A stretch of 64,000 bases of DNA, taken from the NCBI RefSeq assembly GCF_001194135.2, contig NC_068982.1:35024243-35088242 (forward strand), given 5' to 3'. A program made the position numbers and the translations under genes. Shown here piece after piece: positions 36,540-49,272 of the stretch. Below the pieces are notes generated by a model, which worked only from the letters and a program-made list of their open reading frames with translations, was not told the DNA's origin and did no database searches. The stretch's first letter is position 1, and each line of letters begins with the position of its first letter. Origin of the DNA: Octopus bimaculoides. Its lineage: Eukaryota.

Positions 36540-36912
36540 GGCGCACGCTTGGCTGTATAGTAAGAAGCTTGCTTCCAAACCACATAGTTCTTGGTTTGGT
36601 CCCACTAGGCAAGTGTTTTCTATTATAGCGTCGGGCCGACCAAATCCTTGTGAGTGGATTTGGTAAAAGGAAACTGAAAGAAGCCTTTCATATATATATA
36701 TATTTGTGTGTATATATTTGTGTGTGTGTGTACTCCCACCATCATTTGACAACCGATGTTGGTGATTTTATGTCTCCGTGGCTTAGCGGTTCGGCAAAAG
36801 AACCGGCTCAATAAGTACTAGGCTTATAAAGAATAAGTCCTGGGTTCGATTTTTTCAACTAAAGGCAGTGCTCCAGCATGGCCGTAGTCAAATGGCTGAA
36901 GCAAGTAAAAGA
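36540..36912 (+). mobile_element. Complete family C composite SINE
   Basis: Head ggcgcacgcttggctgtatagtaagaagcttgct..gcaagtg..ggatttggta..ggaaactgaaagaagcc, internal (TA)/(TG) tract, tail ending gcaagtaaaagaata. Confidence 0.9.
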
Positions 36913-36984
36913 ATATGTTCGTTGTAATAGATATCGGGTGTGCGTCTAAGAATTTCACATTGCACCTACGTGGACAATACTGAC

Positions 36985-37079
36985 TGGTATCTTGGGCAAA
37001 TGTCTTCTACTATTGCCACGGGCATTGCTAGTGAATTTGGCAGACGGAAACTGCATGGAAGCCCGTTGTCTGTAGTATA

Positions 37080-37138
<59 letters not shown>

Positions 37139-37498
37139 GTAAATTTGGGTATACATCATTCCATTTTTTTTCTTTCTCACTCTTTCTCCTTCTCACACTG
37201 ACACACCACACATGTATGTATGTATGTATGTATGTATGTGTGTATGTTTACATGCATGAATGAATTTATATGCATGCATGTACACATGTGTGCGTCTTTG
37301 CGTTTGTATTTGTATCTCCCTGCCACTTGACAGCCTGGGTTAGTTTGGTTACATCCTGTAACATAGCAGTTCGGCAAAACGGGCCGATAGAATAACTGGC
37401 AATCAACGTAAGTACTGAGATCGATTTATTCTATGGAACCATTCATGGAGGTACTCCAGCATGGCCTCAGTACAATGACCGAAACAAGTAAAAGGTAA
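36985..37498 (+). mobile_element. Degraded family C composite SINE with expanded internal microsatellites
   Basis: Head remnant ttgggcaaatgtcttctactattg..gacggaaactg..gaagccc; tail remnant gcagttcggcaaaac..ccagcatggcc..gaaacaagtaaaag. Confidence 0.65.
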
Positions 37499-37722
37499 CA
37501 GATATCAAAGTTATCAAATCCATTCATGCCATTTCTCTCCCCCAAAATTTGGTATTATAATAGTAATCTTCCTTCCTTTCACATTCAGGTGTAAATTCTT
37601 GAGCACTGCCCATGGTTGTTGATCGGTGATTTAACAGTGAAGGGTTCATGAAGCGATATGGGTTGCAGTTTCTAATTGAACGCATGGTTTAACTACTACT
37701 CATAACTATGCATCTTTTAGCT

Positions 37723-37889
37723 CTGTAGTTGGCAACCTTTTCATAGTGGTTCCCAACAGTAGTTCCCAACCCTTTTATTTAAATGTGTTTTCCCACGAAC
37801 CCCTTTTAATATGCTTATCCTTGTGTATATATTTATATATACCTTTGTGGACCACCAGGGGTCCGCGAACACCAGGTTAGGAACCACTG
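37723..37889. mobile_element. hAT (Charlie-like) MITE with triplicated left TIR
   Basis: Right TIR rc CAGTGGTTCCTAACC; left TIR-like units at 37723, 37744 and 37757; flanks ttttagct / atttagct (7 of 8 match, 8-bp TSD). Confidence 0.7.
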
Positions 37890-37924
37890 ATTTAGCTTTT
37901 GACAATTTAGTTTTTAGGACAGCA

Positions 37925-38112
37925 TTCAATATTGATTTCAATATTTGACATAAGGCCAGCAATTTTGCGAGAGAGGATAAGTCTATTACATCGACCCCAG
38001 TGTCAAATAAGGCAAAGTCTACCTCAGCAGAATTTGAACTCAGAGCGTAAAGACGTACGAAACGCCACTAAGCATTTGTCCGGCCCGACATGCTAATGAT
38101 TCTGTCAGCTCA
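37925..38112 (-). mobile_element. Family A SINE with internal deletion
   Basis: aaggccagcaattttg..acatcgaccccagtg..gaatttgaactcagagcgtaaagacg..gattctgtcagctc. Confidence 0.75.
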
Positions 38113-38144
38113 CTAAATAAGGGTTGTCTTGTTATCAATAAGCG

Positions 38145-38238
<94 letters not shown>

Positions 38239-38496
38239 CCAGAACCCCAAAAGTGTTACCGCTAATATGATGCGTGAGTGACAAGTCAATGACTAGTGGA
38301 TGAGCAGAAGAGAGAGGCGGGAAGAGTGAACGCGCACGCGTGTGTGTGTACATGCAACAACGAAAGCATATAATCCTAGTAGTACAGTGGAATAAATTTT
38401 GAAAAGCATGGAGGTGGCGGTGGAAAGGAAAGGAGACGATGGAGCCAGAAATATGAGAAGTAGGAGTAGAGCAATAGAGTAATGTATGATTGCGTT

Positions 38497-39240
38497 GATG
38501 ATTACACGTTTCGCTATAACCATGTCTATGATTATGCGTTTCGCTACGTCCGTGTCTATAGCTATACTTTTTGCAATATTCAAATTTCGCTATATATATA
38601 TATATATGTCGATGATAATATGTTTCACTATATCTATGTCTATTATTATACATCTCGCTACATTCATGTCTAGGATCATACGTTTCGCTACATCTGTGTC
38701 TAAGGTTGTACGCTTCGCAATATTCGTGTCTATGATTATACGTTTAGCTACATCCCTGTCTATGACTATACGTTTCGCTATATTCGTGTCTCTGATCAAT
38801 CGCTTCGCTACATTTGTGTCTATGATTGTACATTTCATCATATTCGTGTCTATCATTGTACGTTTCACTATATCCAAGTCTATGATTATACGTTTCGCTA
38901 TACCCATGTCTATAATTATACGTTTCGCTACATACATGTCTATGATTGTACGTTTCGCAATATTCGTGTCTATGATTATACGTTTCACTATGTGCGTGTC
39001 TATGATTGTACATTTCATTATAATCGTGTCTATCATTGTACGTTTCACTATCTCCCTGTCTATGGCTACAAGTTTCGCTACATCCACGTCTCTGACTATA
39101 TATTTCGCTATATTCGTGTCTATGATCGATCACTTCGCTACATTCGTGTCTCTGATTGTACATTTCATTTTATTCGTGTCTATCATTATACGTTTCACTA
39201 CATCCATGTCTATGAGTATACGTTTCGCTACATCCGTGTG
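38497..39240. repeat. 30-bp minisatellite, ~24 units
   Basis: Consensus TATGATTATACGTTTCGCTATATTCGTGTC; 21 units in exact 30-bp register from 38611 to 39240 plus ~3 degenerate units upstream. Confidence 0.95.
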
Positions 39241-40233
39241 TGTGTGTGTGTATTTGCATGTCTGTTGAACTCACCAAGAAACAAACGAGTCGACATGACG
39301 TTGTGTCCCTATGCAAGGGACGTCGTGTCTATTATTCTAGCCCTCTCAACTGCAAATGAGCGCCGGCGACAGTTGGGAAGGGGTATCAACTCTGCGACGG
39401 ATTGGTATCTCGTTCAAATCCTTCAGAAAACAAGATAAGATTCGGATCAATTAGTCAATAGGCAGACGGTGGCATTTAACTTCATATATTATTACCAACA
39501 TATTTGCACAATGCTCAAAACAAGCACACGAATACATACAAACATACGCACACACACACGCACACACACACAAACACACACACACACACAGAATCGCTTC
39601 ATATAATGTTATGCGTATGCTGTTGTTATTGTCATTGTTTTGCTTTTGGTTAAGTTATAACCACTAAAAGGAATTTCTGGTTTTCTGGCACTGCGCTAAG
39701 AGTTTTGGTCTCTGTCTGGCGCTTACCCGTTAATAGGTTTATTGTCTGTTTTGTCTGTTAACACATAAGAAGAACGAAATAAATGATTGGGAATTAAAAT
39801 TATTTTAATATCCAAGAAAGATGTGAAGCGAGATTTTCTGTGCTGCTCTGGGCGATTGTCTTCTACAATAGTCCTGGATCGAACAACGCCATGTGAGTAA
39901 ATTTGGTTGAGAGAAACTGCTTCATAGCGCATCATGTGTGTGTGTGTGTGTGTGTGTGTGTATACATATATGTATGTCTGTTTGTTTGCCTCTCCCACCA
40001 TTTGACAACCGTTGTTAGTTTATTTACAGCCCCGTAACTTAATAGAATAAATGCCTGCCTAAAAAAAGAAAAACATTAGTTCTAGGAGCACGTTGTGGGG
40101 CCATTTTGCTGCAATACGATGAGTGAAACAATAGATACAGGATTCACTTGTGCTTCCGTACGGCGTTCGAGTATTAGGCTGCTAAACTTAAAATTAGAAT
40201 AAATCTTTTATATTAGGAACTATTCATTCATAT

Positions 40234-40906
40234 AAGTGGTTCTCAACCACTTTTTCACTATCGACCCCTTTGATTACGACTCTATTCATGTGGCCCACCA
40301 TAACCATTCGATGTTTTAAAGATATAATTTTAGATTTTCATTTCAAAATTCTTATTTTCTTTTTCACACATTAACATGTGTAGTGTGAGCGAAATGTGGG
40401 TTAATGGTTAGGGTATTCAGCTCACGATCATAAGAGCATGAGTTCAATTCCCGGCGACACCTCGGGTTCTTGAGCAAGACACTTTAATTCACGTTGTTTC
40501 AGTTCACTCATTTGTCAAAAATGTGTAGTACCTGATTTCAAAGGACCAGCCTTGTCACACTGTGTCTCGCTGAATCTTTCTGAGAACTACGTTAAGGGTA
40601 ATCGTGTCTGTGGGGTGCTCAGCCACTTGCACGTAAATTTCGTGAACAGGCTGTTCCGTTGACTGGCTCAATTGGAACCCTCTTCCTCGTAACCGACGGA
40701 GTGGAGACATGTGTAGGATGAACTATGTTAAACGTTTGAGAAATGAGCCTAGCTGATTCTTGCAATAAACAGAGCCAAAATAACGCATTTTTTATGAATC
40801 CTTAAAATACTATTGTGGTTCCTCAAATTAGTATTTTACTTGTGTAGAGCTCTAAAAGTCTTACATGAACCTCTAGGAAGATATGTGTCCCAGTTGAGAA
40901 CCACAT
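40234..40906. mobile_element. hAT (Charlie-like) MITE interrupted by a SINE
   Basis: Ends aagtggttctcaacc / agttgagaaccacat; flanks attcatat / atttatac (6 of 8). Confidence 0.65.
40384..40706 (+). mobile_element. Family D SINE inserted in the MITE, 10-bp TSD
   Basis: acatgtgtag at 40374-40383 and 40707-40716; B-box-like gagttcaattc in the head; homologous to 3603-3931. Confidence 0.88.
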
Positions 40907-40919
40907 ATTTATACTGGTT

Positions 40920-41262
40920 TCAAAGTTCAGCAATTACAAGGAAGGGGTGAATAGCAAAGTCGACTTCGGCAGAATTTGGACTCACAGCATGAAGATGGAC
41001 GAAATGTCGCTAAGTGTTTCACCCGGTGTGCTAACGATTCTACCAGCTTGCCGCCTTTAAAACACGAAATACTGATTTGAAATTTTGGCACAAGGCCAGT
41101 AAGATTATTGGAGGGGTAAGTCGATTACATTGACCCCAGTGCTCAACTAGTACTTATTTTATCCACCCCGAAAGGCATGAATGCTAAAGTTTACCTTTGA
41201 ACACAGATAAAAGGCCGCTAAGCGTTTGCTCGGCTTGCTAACGATTTTGCCAGATCGCCGCA
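40920..41262 (-). mobile_element. Two tandem family A SINE copies
   Basis: Both end in ctaacgatt.t.ccag.t.gccgc; core aactagtacttattttatccaccccgaaagg in the second. Confidence 0.8.
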
Positions 41263-41699
41263 TTTTTCCCACTGATTTACATGAAAAAATAGAGTTATTC
41301 GTCGATAATAAAACAAATACATACATGAATAAGTAAACATGATTACGTGTATGATAAGCAGATTTGGTGGATTATCATTATTTCACTAAAAACGCCTCGG
41401 AAAACACGTACAAATAAACAACTGGTAAAGGGTTACTCATTGTTAGCGTATCGTTTTGATTAATGACAACTGACCGACGATAAAGCATGTGACCAGGTTT
41501 ATGTCACTACCAGGAGAATGTAACTCACATATCACAGTCTACCAACTCTCGCAATAGATAATAGAATTCCACTTTTACTTGGTTAATTCGTTGTTTAGAT
41601 ACTGATCGGTTTAACATAACATAATCTATTATCTTAAAACAAATGTTTCTGAGAAATTATTGATGTCTAAAAATATGCAAAACATTGATATTTGGAGAC

Positions 41700-41920
41700 G
41701 CAGAAGTGGTTGTGTGGCAAATAGCTTAGTTACCAACCACATGGTCCCAGGTTCAGTCCCACTGCGTGACACCTTGGATGGGTGCCTTCTGCTATAGCGN
41801 NNNNNNNNNNNNNNNNNNNNNNNNNNNNNNNNNNNNNNNNNNNNNNNNNNNNNNNNNNNNNNNNNNNNNNNNNNNNNNNNNNNNNNNNNNNNNNNNNNNN
41901 NNNNNNNTATATATGTTTTT

Positions 41921-41953
<33 letters not shown>

Positions 41954-42155
41954 TATGTTTGTATGTATGTGTTTGTCCCCTCAACATCGCTTGACAATCG
42001 ATACTGGTGTGTTTACGTCCCCGTAACTTAGCGATTCAGCAAAAGACCCGATAGAATAAGTCCTTACAAAGAATAAGTCTTTGGGTTGATATATTCGACT
42101 AAATGCGGTACTCCAGCATGGCCTCAATCAAATGACTGGAACAAATAAAAGAATA
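41700..42155 (+). mobile_element. Family C composite SINE spanning a gap
   Basis: Head gcagaagtggttgtgtggcaaatag..caggttcagtcccactgcgtgacaccttgg, gap, (TG)n, tail to gaaacaaataaaagaata. Confidence 0.85.
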
Positions 42156-43749
42156 TCTAATCAGAGATTAACTGTTCGAAACTTATGGCTTCGAAGCTAT
42201 TGTTCTTTCATTGAACAGTCAGGATGTAAATAGAATTGTGTTTTCTCAAAAGTATTGAAACCACGTGTGAATGATCTCTTTAATTCTCTGATGGAGGTAA
42301 CCCTATCATTTCTTTCTTTCCTTCCTTCCTTCCTTCCTCCACAGACATACACGCACACACAAGCACATATACATATAAATTTATTCAGGGTGAGAGAGAG
42401 GGAGATTGCGGGAGGAGAGATATGTTTGTATATACACTGAGTTAAGTGTTTAATACCAATGAAATGTTCTCAAGAATAATCTGATTCATCATGTTACAAT
42501 ATAATATGTATACACCTGTATATATTCTTATGTGTATAGGATGTTTTTGCATCGATGAAGTAACTGAATATAGATTACGAAACAGCTGTCAACGTATGGC
42601 ATTAATATTTTTTACCTCTTCTCTCTCTTGAATTTGACTATTATACACTCTCCAATAATATGATTCCCTGATTTTTAGATGCATAGTGACATTAGTTGTA
42701 TACCCTGTGTTCAACCACTATCTCCTTTCCTTGATGGCCGAACACCCTATAGAGAACTTACTGTCAATATTGTTTGATTTTTCGAATCCCAATTTGCAGT
42801 TGTGAGTACGTGTGTGTGTGGGGGGGGGGGGGGGTACGCGCACGCGTTTCTGTAGACATATATATGTGTGCGTGTATGTGTTTGCGTCTCCCCCCATTTG
42901 ACAACCGAAGATAGGTGATGTAGAGAACAAACAGATGTATTAGTATAACGCTCGATATGTACATGCATAGCAAGTGACTTGATCTGAGACCGTGTGCTGA
43001 AACAAAATCAATTACAGCATGGAAGATGTTTGTAAGCCATTCAAGAACACACAAAAACCGTTAGTTTCACTTCAACATTGAAATTACCTTTGTGTCAAAA
43101 TATTTTCGTCGCTTTGAAACCGCGACCTTTTCACTGACATAACTTCGTTATAATATAGACTTATTAAGGTGAATTCATATATAGAGATTTTTTATTAATA
43201 TTTCAGTAATTTGTACTACTCTGTACTACTCTAGCCATGTACACACGTACTGAGGTAGACTGCGGAATGTATGAATCGGTTCGTCAGGCGAAAATGTTGT
43301 ATTCCACTACTTCTAAGTTAGTCCTTTTGCACCCGGCATACTTCTTTCAGTTTCCACTGAAGCTCAATAAACTAAGAACCAGACAAAGTAACGGGTTTAA
43401 TATAATCGACTCAAACGTTTGAAAGTGTCACCCTTGCACAGCCGCAGTACAAATGACTGAAATGCCAACAAAAAAAATAATAACGGAATAAAATATCAAT
43501 TTCTTAATTTGGAGCCTAAATTATCGTAAAGTAATTGTTTCTTCAACTACTTGAGCTTTCAGAACATAGAACAACTCAACGCCTCGTGTCGTGTATTTAT
43601 TATCTTCACCTGTTCTATATTTTGCTTCATATAGTGAGCCCAGCAGACTAAATCGAGCGCTTCATTACTTTCATATCGTAAGAATAGTCACCTGACGTAT
43701 TATGATAATATTGGTGTATTTTTCTAATGTAAGCTGTATCGGCAAGGGC

Positions 43750-43805
<56 letters not shown>

Positions 43806-43809
43806 CATT

Positions 43810-43987
43810 TCTATTATAGACACAAGGCCTGAAATTTGCGGAGAGAGAGGTAAGATGATTACATCGACCCCAGTGCGAAACTGGTACTTATTTAATCAAC
43901 CCCGAAAGGATGAAAGGCAAAGTCAACCTCGGCGGAATCCGATAAGCATTTCATGCAGCGCGCTAAGGATTCTGCCAGATCGCCACC

Positions 43988-44048
<61 letters not shown>

Positions 44049-44212
44049 TAATAATAATAAGAAGAAGAAGAAGAATTTATATACAAGGCCAGCAAGCCTG
44101 GCGAGGGAGTAAGTCGATTACATAGACCTCAGTAGTCAACTGGTATTTATTTTATCAATCCCGAAAGGATGAGCAGCAAAATCAACTTCGGCGGAATTTG
44201 AACTCAGAACTG
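43810..44212 (-). mobile_element. Two family A SINE fragments separated by (AAT)n/(AAG)n
   Basis: Cores at ~43860-43935 and ~44115-44210. Confidence 0.75.
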
Positions 44213-44668
44213 TGTGCTATCGATTCGGCGCAGCACACTATCACTCCTGTAGAATACCTGAACTAGAACTATCTTCACACAAAACACACACCTTATGCAA
44301 TAAGTACCTTACAATCTAATACACCACAACTTGTGCAAATATACTATACATGATTAAGGCTCTATAAAGTAACACAACTCAAATTACCCACACTACACGC
44401 ATCTGAACAAACACTAATATAACAAGAAGCAAGAAACTAAACTCCATAACAAAACAAACTAATGCAGTACACCCTCAGGAGGAGTGTACTCTCCTCCAAT
44501 CCCTGCAGAATTAAGAACACAATGCTACATATACCTCAGGAATATCATGTGGCGCTGTAGTAACTCGCATAGAATTACCGAAGTAAAAATGTTTATATGT
44601 GCAATATCAAATAGAACAAAAGCACTCAGAGAGCGCAAACCTCCGTCAAGGTAACACCAACGTCCTAA

Positions 44669-46075
44669 TTTTTTATTACCCACCAGGAGACAATACATAA
44701 CATGTGGGGACACACAACAAGAAAAAAATAGGACAAACGTATAAAAAAATATATGAAAGAGTAAAAAAAAATGAAAAAAATGGAATTAAGCTACTCGGCC
44801 TCATATCCGTGCAGCCTCATTTATATCTTTTCTCTATTAAACCCAGTTCCTTTAAGAATGTCTGTTTTATATTCTTTTCAAAATATCTGTGTAATCTATA
44901 ATTAATGGCATCTCATCTCTGTCCAAGTTTACTTCCCAATACTCATACCCATAATCAAATCTTTCTAATATATCTGTTCGTTCTTTGGTTAATTTCACAC
45001 AACTGTGCCACTCCTTCACATTATCATGCTCCTCAGTCTCCACGCTTTTTACATCTTTCCATGAAGCTATATCCTGGTTTAGTTCTTATGTCATAAATCA
45101 TACCTATAAAACTTTTTTCCTTTTAGCTGGGGGAGGGGAATTTTGGGGGTCCTTGTGAGCGTGTGTCTATTTTTTATTTTAGTGTCGGAGGGGAATGGGT
45201 AGGCTTGGTGTCTGTGGTAGTTGTGAGGCTGAGAGGGTGTGGGTTGGTGTTTTAAGCCCGTATCACTTGCCTTTTTTTCGTTTTCTTTTGTTTCCTCCAC
45301 TCACCGTCCTCCACGTTTCACGCCTCTACTCCATTGCTGGCGGCAAAGTCTTCTTTTTTCCTGTTTCCTCCACCGGTTCTTCCATTTTCTTCTCTTGTTC
45401 TTCCGTTGTCTTTTTGGTCGGTGAAGGGCAGTCCACTCTAATGTGGCCGTTTAGACCACATTTGTAATATCGAGGGATTCTGCCTTTACCCTCATTATCA
45501 CCGCGTCCATCGTAATGGTTTCCGTCGCCCTTTCCAACGTTTCCGCCGACCTTTACGCTGGTTGCACGTCGTCCAAGGTACGTGGGTAGAAGGACTATTT
45601 CTTCGTTTTTGATGGTTTCTGCTGCGCGCCTTTTTATTGTTGCCTTGTCTTTCATCCTCACTTACTCCGTACCAAATTTGTTTCCTCTTGCCAGGTATGT
45701 CATTTCATGCCAAATTGGCCTAAGCGCTTTCTCAATTTGGCTTGCAGTCATAATGTCTATTTTTCCTACTTTAACCGAATAAGTCTTGAACGTAATGTTT
45801 CTTTCCCTTATGTCAATCAGCATTTCCTCCGGGAGGGACAAGTCCACATTATACCCGTCCCTACTTAGCAAACCTTTAGAACTTTCCTTTTCAATTTTGC
45901 TCTTTTCCCAATAACTCTCAACAATTCATCTTCAGAAGACGACAACTCAGTAAAGCTGACATCCGAATAGAACATTCTCTTCTTCCTCTCCATTAGGCCA
46001 ACTCTCCTCATATGAGGAGGGAAAGCACAAACACACTGCGACAAGGCAGCAAAAACCAATTAACAAATGTTTAAA
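44669..46075 (-). mobile_element. L1/Tx1-type ORF1 relic with CCHC knuckle, no ORF2 seen
   Basis: Frameshifted minus ORFs: ..TFKTYSVKVGKID..ARGNKFGT..IVLLPTYLGRR..GRIPRYYKCGLNGHIRVDCP.., then further coding-like text to ~44880, a T-rich tract and AATAAA at 44672-44677. Homologous to 61183-61672. Confidence 0.65.
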
Positions 46076-47047
46076 GAACGCTGACACAAAAAAATTATAT
46101 ATACATATACATATACATACACACACATATATATATGTATATATATATATATATATATATNNNNNNNNNNNNNNNNNNNNNNNNNNNNNNNNNNNNNNNN
46201 NNNNNNNNNNNNNNNNNNNNNNNNNNNNNNNNNNNNNNNNNNNNNNNNNNNNNNNNNNNNNNNNNNNNNNNNNNNNNNNNNNNNNNNNNNNNNNNNNNNN
46301 NNNNNNNNNNNNNNNNNNNNNNNNNNNNNNNNNNNNNNNNNNNNNNNNNNNNNNNNNNNNNNNNNNNNNNNNNNNNNNNNNNNNNNNNNNNNNNNNNNNN
46401 NNNNNNNNNNNNNNNNNNNNNNNNNNNNNNNNNNNNNNNNNNNNNNNNNNNNNNNNNNNNNNNNNNNNNNNNNNNNNNNNNNNNNNNNNNNNNNNNNNNN
46501 NNNNNNNNNNNNNNNNNNNNNNNNNNNNNNNNNNNNNNNNNNNNNNNNNNNNNNNNNNNNNNNNNNNNNNNNNNNNNNNNNNNNNNNNNNNNNNNNNNNN
46601 NNNNNNNNNNNNNNNNNNNNNNNNNNNNNNNNNNNNNNNNNNNNNNNNNNNNNNNNNNNNNNNNNNNNNNNNNNNNNNNNNNNNNNNNNNNNNNNNNNNN
46701 NNNNNNNNNNNNNNNNNNNNNNNNNNNNNNNNNNNNNNNNNNNNNNNNNNNNNNNNNNNNNNNNNNNNNNNNNNNNNNNNNNNNNNNNNNNNNNNNNNNN
46801 NNNNNNNNNNNNNNNNNNNNNNNNNNNNNNNNNNNNNNNNNNNNNNNNNNNNNNNNNNNNNNNNNNNNNNNNNNNNNNNNNNNNNNNNNNNNNNNNNNNN
46901 NNNNNNNNNNNNNNNNNNNNNNNNNNNNNNNNNNNNNNNNNNNNNNNNNNNNNNNNNNNNNNNNNNNNNNNNNNNNNNNNNNNNNNNNNNNNNNNNNNNN
47001 NNNNNNNNNNNNNNNNNNNNNNNNNNNNNNNNNNNNNNNNNNNNNNN

Positions 47048-47092
<45 letters not shown>

Positions 47093-47287
47093 GAAGTTTC
47101 ACACGAGAGCATCTATTTTAGAAACAAAGGGATAAACGGGACGAAATATTTAGATCTTTTTCAAACTTACTACACGTTTCAAATGTTAAAATATATATAC
47201 TCATGCAAAAAAGAAAGTAGGAGATTAATTAAATTAATTGTTCATTATAGCATTGTTTCGTATCGTTAGGAAAAGCCGTACGGTGTG

Positions 47288-47347
<60 letters not shown>

Positions 47348-47470
47348 CGTTGTAGCATACTTGGGACTTAATCATTAGTTGCAGCAATTGTGGAAATAGT
47401 GGAAGTCGTAGGTGTAAGAGTAGATTGTTTTTTTCATTCAGCAGCAGGAGTGAGAGTTGTGACCGTACCG

Positions 47471-47518
<48 letters not shown>

Positions 47519-48216
47519 ACAAAAAATAGCAGCAGTAGCTGTAGTGGTAGCAGAAGCATATATCCTTCGCAAGCCTTTATATATGTTTAATTTTGCAGTT
47601 AAGCCTCCAAGGATTTAACTCCTAGTAAAAAATCCCACGTGAGCGGCTGTAATTGATTGAATGTAAGCCGAATGCTTATCCAAATCGTTATTCTCGAGTT
47701 ACTGAGCATCAAATCTCTGTAACCCCACAAAAAGCTTCATAGAAAGGTTAAGTATGTTTATATAAACAACATGGATTATTAAATACGCTGTGTAGTATAT
47801 AAAAGGTATTCAATTGCAAAAATGTAGCAACATTTTCCATTTTTTTTTTACAGAATGCAAAGTCTCACTATATATATATCGGGATTTTCTTGTCATAATT
47901 CAATTAGTATAGTAATGCGATTTTAGTTGCAAAATTAAGAAACAAAATATATTTTCGTTTCTGTTGTTTTTTCTTTTCCTTTTTTAGCTTAATACAATTT
48001 CTTAAATTTTTATTTTTCTTCAATTATGCTTTTCATGATCTAGTCAGGGACTAGATCACAGCAACCGAAGGAATACGATCTCGAATACAAACAGAAGAAA
48101 TGGGGTTTCTCTGAAGCAGGTTGCTTAAGTAACATTACTTGAAAACGTGCATAACTTAGAGATCAGGGAATCGCTCTAGGTCAAGCCGTTACTTCTCTGC
48201 ATTGGTAGGTCACAGC

Positions 48217-48358
48217 CAGTGCCAGATTTACAATTGTGCTAAGGTTTGCTTAAGTACAGGGCCCCGTTGACCAGGAACCCTGTAAGGGGCCCCTGTCCAA
48301 GTAAGGGGCCTCATAACTTAACTAGCACAGGCCCTCATTTGTCCTAAATCCGGCATTG
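48217..48358. mobile_element. 142-bp hAT-type MITE with perfect 8-bp TSD
   Basis: TIRs CAGTGCCAGATTTA and (rc) CAATGCCGGATTTA; GTCACAGC at 48209-48216 and 48359-48366; internal GGGGCCC repeats. Confidence 0.88.
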
Positions 48359-48391
48359 GTCACAGCTCTGATACCTGAGGAATATCTATAA

Positions 48392-48502
<111 letters not shown>

Positions 48503-48954
48503 CGCGTGTGTATACCTCTATTATGCATCATAGCTACCTAAGCATGAGGATCTGTTGACAGTTTTATGATTCCACTAGCACACCATACCAGCATATAGAT
48601 TCTCTGGTTATCTTCTTAATTTCTGCTAAATTAGCTTCTTATCTACTAAAGGGAATGTTTGAAGAAAGAATTGCAGGACAGAGCTTACCGATGAGCCAAC
48701 TTGTTGGGGAGATCTAGGCTTGGCTGCAATCGAGATCATCGGATAATATCCATAGCTTCATTTGGTTCCACAGAGAGAACCAGCCGGATCCTATGCTGAT
48801 GATTTCTTCCGACGTATCCTCTGAAAAGTGTGTCTAAAGACTCTGACCTTTTGACCCTTTGGCCCTTTGACTCTAAGAAGAAGAGTAGGCTACGAAGTTG
48901 GAGAGATAAATGAATGGACTAATATTGTTTATTTCAGTTTTTATTAAGAATATT

Positions 48955-49162
48955 GGTTTGAAATGTTGGTACACAAGGTCAGCAATTTCGAGAGATGGGG
49001 ACTAAGTCGATGACACCGACCCTAGTGCTCAACTGGTACTTATTTTATCGACCTAGAAAGGACGAAAAGCTAAGTTGACCCCGGCGGTACTTGAAGCCAG
49101 AACGTAAAGACGGACAAAATGTCGCTGAACATTTTGCCTGGCGTGCTAACGATTTTGCTAGA
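48955..49162 (-). mobile_element. Family A SINE
   Basis: cctagtgctcaactggtacttattttatcgacc..gaacgtaaagacggac..cgtgctaacgattttgc. Confidence 0.8.
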
Positions 49163-49195
49163 GTGTGTTTTTTTTTCGGATATATGAACTAATGA

Positions 49196-49249
<54 letters not shown>

Positions 49250-49272
49250 ACAAATATATATATATATATATA

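Noticed and set aside
36540-36620. SINE heads as tRNA genes
   Set aside because: A/B-box-like motifs only; no complete cloverleaf, and they are fused to repeat bodies.
38497-39240. CRISPR-like array
   Set aside because: Contiguous diverged tandem units with no unique spacers, in a eukaryotic context with no cas genes.
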